A stretch of DNA of 62,747 nt, the filler included, from Asterionella formosa (lineage: Eukaryota), in NCBI GenBank assembly GCA_002256025.1. It is 21 parts of 21 records of this genome, joined end to end, with 100 filler letters (N's around TTAATTAATTAA, not from the genome) between each part and the next. Parts side by side here need not be neighbours in the genome. Positions count along the whole stretch, not along the records: positions 59,864 to 62,747 come from NKIB01014700.1; 20 more parts are not named here. One strand, 5' to 3'. Below the pieces are notes generated by a model. It saw only the letters and a program-made list of their open reading frames with translations. It had not been told where the DNA came from and did no database searches. Shown here piece after piece: positions 59,764 through 62,747 of the stretch (positions are counted from its first letter, which is position 1; the number at the start of each line of letters is the position of its first letter). Both the position numbers and the translations under genes were made by a program.

Positions 59764-61679
59764 NNNNNNNNNNNNNNNNNNNNNNNNNNNNNNNNNNNNN
59801 NNNNNNNTTAATTAATTAANNNNNNNNNNNNNNNNNNNNNNNNNNNNNNNNNNNNNNNNNNNNACGTTTCTACTTCAGTTATTGATCCAAGAAAATTGGC
59901 TCCTGTCGATGATACCATTACAATTCGGTTCAAAACTCGTCCATACGAGGTTATCAAGACTCTTCAATTTCAGGAGCCTTATCAGAACGTCGTTCTCGCT
60001 TAGCTAAAATTGAACTGATCCATCAATTGTCACAAAGGTTGTGAGTTTTATTTTCAAGACCAAGAAGTTTTGCTGTGAACATGTAAGTTTGATGTTATAG
60101 TTTGTGAATTGCAGGTACTGTAAGAATATCAATCAAATGTGCTTTTTTCTGGTCCCAAAAGAGAATCAAACATCCCGCCCTGCCTATCTGGTCCAAGTAG
60201 TATGAAAGGCATTTCCAATCACAAACAGGATTGGTTTGCCGAATGTTGACCTGCCAAACTCGGCTATACACAGTGAAACCGTTGTTAGGCAAAGAAGTGG
60301 AGAGTGACCCGGCCCAGGGCTTGCCGATTTCATATGGAATTGTTCTGATGCACTACTTCCAATGAATCAGACCATTGAACGTACCAATAAGGCACGTTTA
60401 GATTACATCAAATCAACATTTGGTGGCATGTGCATAAAAAAGTTGAGAGAATGTCAGAATGTATTGAATAATCAATTTAAAGGAATCTTAGGTAAGCAAG
60501 TTCTTGCAGGGAGATGCTCCGAAAGCATGATGTTTTGAGTCGGTGATTATATTCTTATCAAATATGTTTCAATTTAAAAATGCTAACATAATTCATGACA
60601 CACCAGCTAGTCTAACAGAATATAGCTAACTTCCAGACTATGGATAGCTATTGATGACTTTATTAGGTGGGCGTTGACGCTTTATCGTTTTGTGCAGTCA
60701 AAGGACATTGACAGTCCAGGGGAAGCCATGGATACCAAGCAAGTCTGGCGTGATGTTCTTGCTCCGGTGTATTTTATAGGCAGGACAAGCTGTGGAGAAC
60801 CATTTTAACAGGAGACAAATCTGGTGTGACCAAGACAAATTTCAACTCAGTCTTCGGGCACAGTGTGAATTGCAAACACGTTTTGTCGGTTCGCTGATCA
60901 ATGCCAGTACAGAAGCATTTTGCTTCTTGGTGCTGAAAGGAAAATTCTGATTGCAACAAAAATATTTGGGTTTCAATCCAGATACCCATGATATTTCAGA
61001 GAACGAAATTCGTCATTTTACCGATTTCGTCGACATTGGTGGGAAACCACTTATTAAGAAAAGTGTGAGGGAAGAAAGTTCAGTTTCAAATGGTCTTACT
61101 GATCAATGGACTGATGATATTGATTTACTCGTTTATTATAAGGAAATCTACACTGGACTTTCACAAAAGAATTGATCTGAATATGGAAGGAATTCTAGTG
61201 CTGGAATTGCTACTCCCACCACAAATATCATCTACCCACACTCATACTTCTCATTTCCCAATGAAAGTGAAGAGGATATGCATGAATTTGTTGAATCACT
61301 TCAACCAAATTTTCCTGAAAAGAATATTGATTATAATGACCGCATTAATCAACGGGACATTGATGATGATGTTGATTTTGAATGGATCTAATAGAATCCA
61401 ATGCATACTTAGTAGTTACATAATAATTATAGTTAGTGTGAGACTTCTACAAATGCAAGCCATATCATAGATGATAGGGAAACATTGATTCTGCTCTATA
61501 CTACTATTACTATTAGTGCCGCCTGTACTACATGTAGCGGTATACCTGCATTTTTATTACTATGGTGGAGTGATAATTTCACGACTCTGTATTTTCCAGC
61601 ACAGCATGTTCGAAGTGGCGCTCAATTTATTATATTTTAATTCATTTTCATTCTATCCTTTTCATATCCTGACTTGGTC

Positions 61680-62110
61680 ATCATTTGGAATTTTCAATGT
61701 CTTTGCGCACATTGCAATGGTTGAAGTCAGTGATCTGGAGAAACAAATGAATAATAAGTTGCTTATCTGGTGAGGACTTGTCCTTATGTAGACTCAAATT
61801 ATATCATTCTGTTACAGGATTTCTATTGTCACCTTTCGAAGAGCGATCCAAACAAGTCATACGATATTTGGGTTCTTGGTCTTGGTATGACAAAAGTTTA
61901 TTTCCAGATTGGAATGATCATTGGTGATACAGAAGATCACAATAAAATTTGTGGCTTCAGGGGTGGTAATGGATTATATCGATGATATGTTTGTCGTGAT
62001 TGCCTGGTTTCAACTGAGGATGCTGATAATCCTGATATTGGATGTGAACGTTGTAAAGTGTCAGATGTTAAAATGTTTTTAAACAAGTTTCTTGACAAAA
62101 TGCATATCCC
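61680..62110 (+). pseudogene. Relic of a Plavaka/CMC-like transposase central region
   Basis: Read through the stop: FQIGMIIGDTEDHNKICGF..GLYR*YVCRDCLVSTEDADNPDIGC. Upstream SFGIFN..V.DLEK lies in another frame. Confidence 0.5.
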
Positions 62111-62747
62111 GATGGAAAATTGCCATGTATCCCAGCCACCTAATGTTGTGGAATAAAACTTACCGGTTCATTTTTGTCATCTTAACTTTGAGAGAAGGTT
62201 AACGTTTTGTTACCTTTGTTCCAACAGAAGTGAATAGGCCCAACGAGCGACAAGAGCACTTACGCAATTTGGTTTTGTTTTACATTGGTGCTCCCCAACA
62301 AGCGAAACAAGCTGTTGAATCAACTGAGAAAAAAGGAAATGTGCGTTTAGTTAACAATTTGTTGTTGTGCTGCCTGCCTCCCAACGATTGTCATCCAAGT
62401 ACCACATTGATGGCTTCATTACCTTAATCATTCACCATCCTTCGAAGGCGCAATGTGTCGTAGCCACAATGTTTTTCGTTATGTATTGCGTAAACTCTCT
62501 TTTCTTGTCATGTGCTTTACTACAACGTATCTTTTCATGAAGTAGCAGGCATTGTTTGTTAACATGACAGAACGATTCAAAAATATATATGCCATGAATA
62601 TAGTAATAAAATTTGTAAATATATATATATATATAGCATTGGACATTTATAAAATTCAAAGGCGCTCTCGATATGGAACATCTGATATGGTTGAGATGGC
62701 CATACTTGCATATACATAATTCGAAAATACTCAATGCACTACATGTC

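Noticed and set aside
1..62747. Prokaryotic operon, defence island, CRISPR array, rRNA or tRNA genes
   Set aside because: None seen. Introns and eukaryotic TEs indicate a eukaryotic nuclear genome, and the contigs are unlinked, so RT, recombinase and ARM genes on different contigs cannot be read as one system.

Overview
This window is not contiguous DNA. It is 21 short contigs (about 2,884-2,902 bp, in near-perfect descending size order) joined by an artificial 100-nt linker (N44-TTAATTAATTAA-N44), so adjacency across linkers carries no biological meaning. The content indicates a eukaryote, most likely a diatom: CoDi-type Ty1/copia elements, diatom-style LRR, ARM and MORN genes, and short spliceosomal introns. 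Transposable elements dominate. They include Ty3/gypsy pol and LTR pieces (contigs 1, 17), a DIRS/Ngaro-like tyrosine-recombinase retroelement (contig 3), three CoDi copia families (contigs 13/14, 19, 20), a multicopy Plavaka/CMC-like transposase with a convergent partner ORF (contigs 6, 7, 18; relic in 21) and a 1.44-kb TIR element with an ACT target duplication (contig 10). Host genes are a D-2-hydroxyacid dehydrogenase with a GC-AG intron, an OCRL/INPP5B-type 5-phosphatase, a PHD/PWWP protein, a MORN-repeat protein and several fragments or pseudogenes. The most striking unexplained signal is a dense set of TA-CC..GG-TA micro-insertions (TACCGGTA, TACCTGGTA, TACCAGGTA and chains of them) in non-coding DNA. 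Comparing homologous LTR copies shows that these are true insertions at TA sites, consistent with accumulated cut-and-paste transposon excision footprints.
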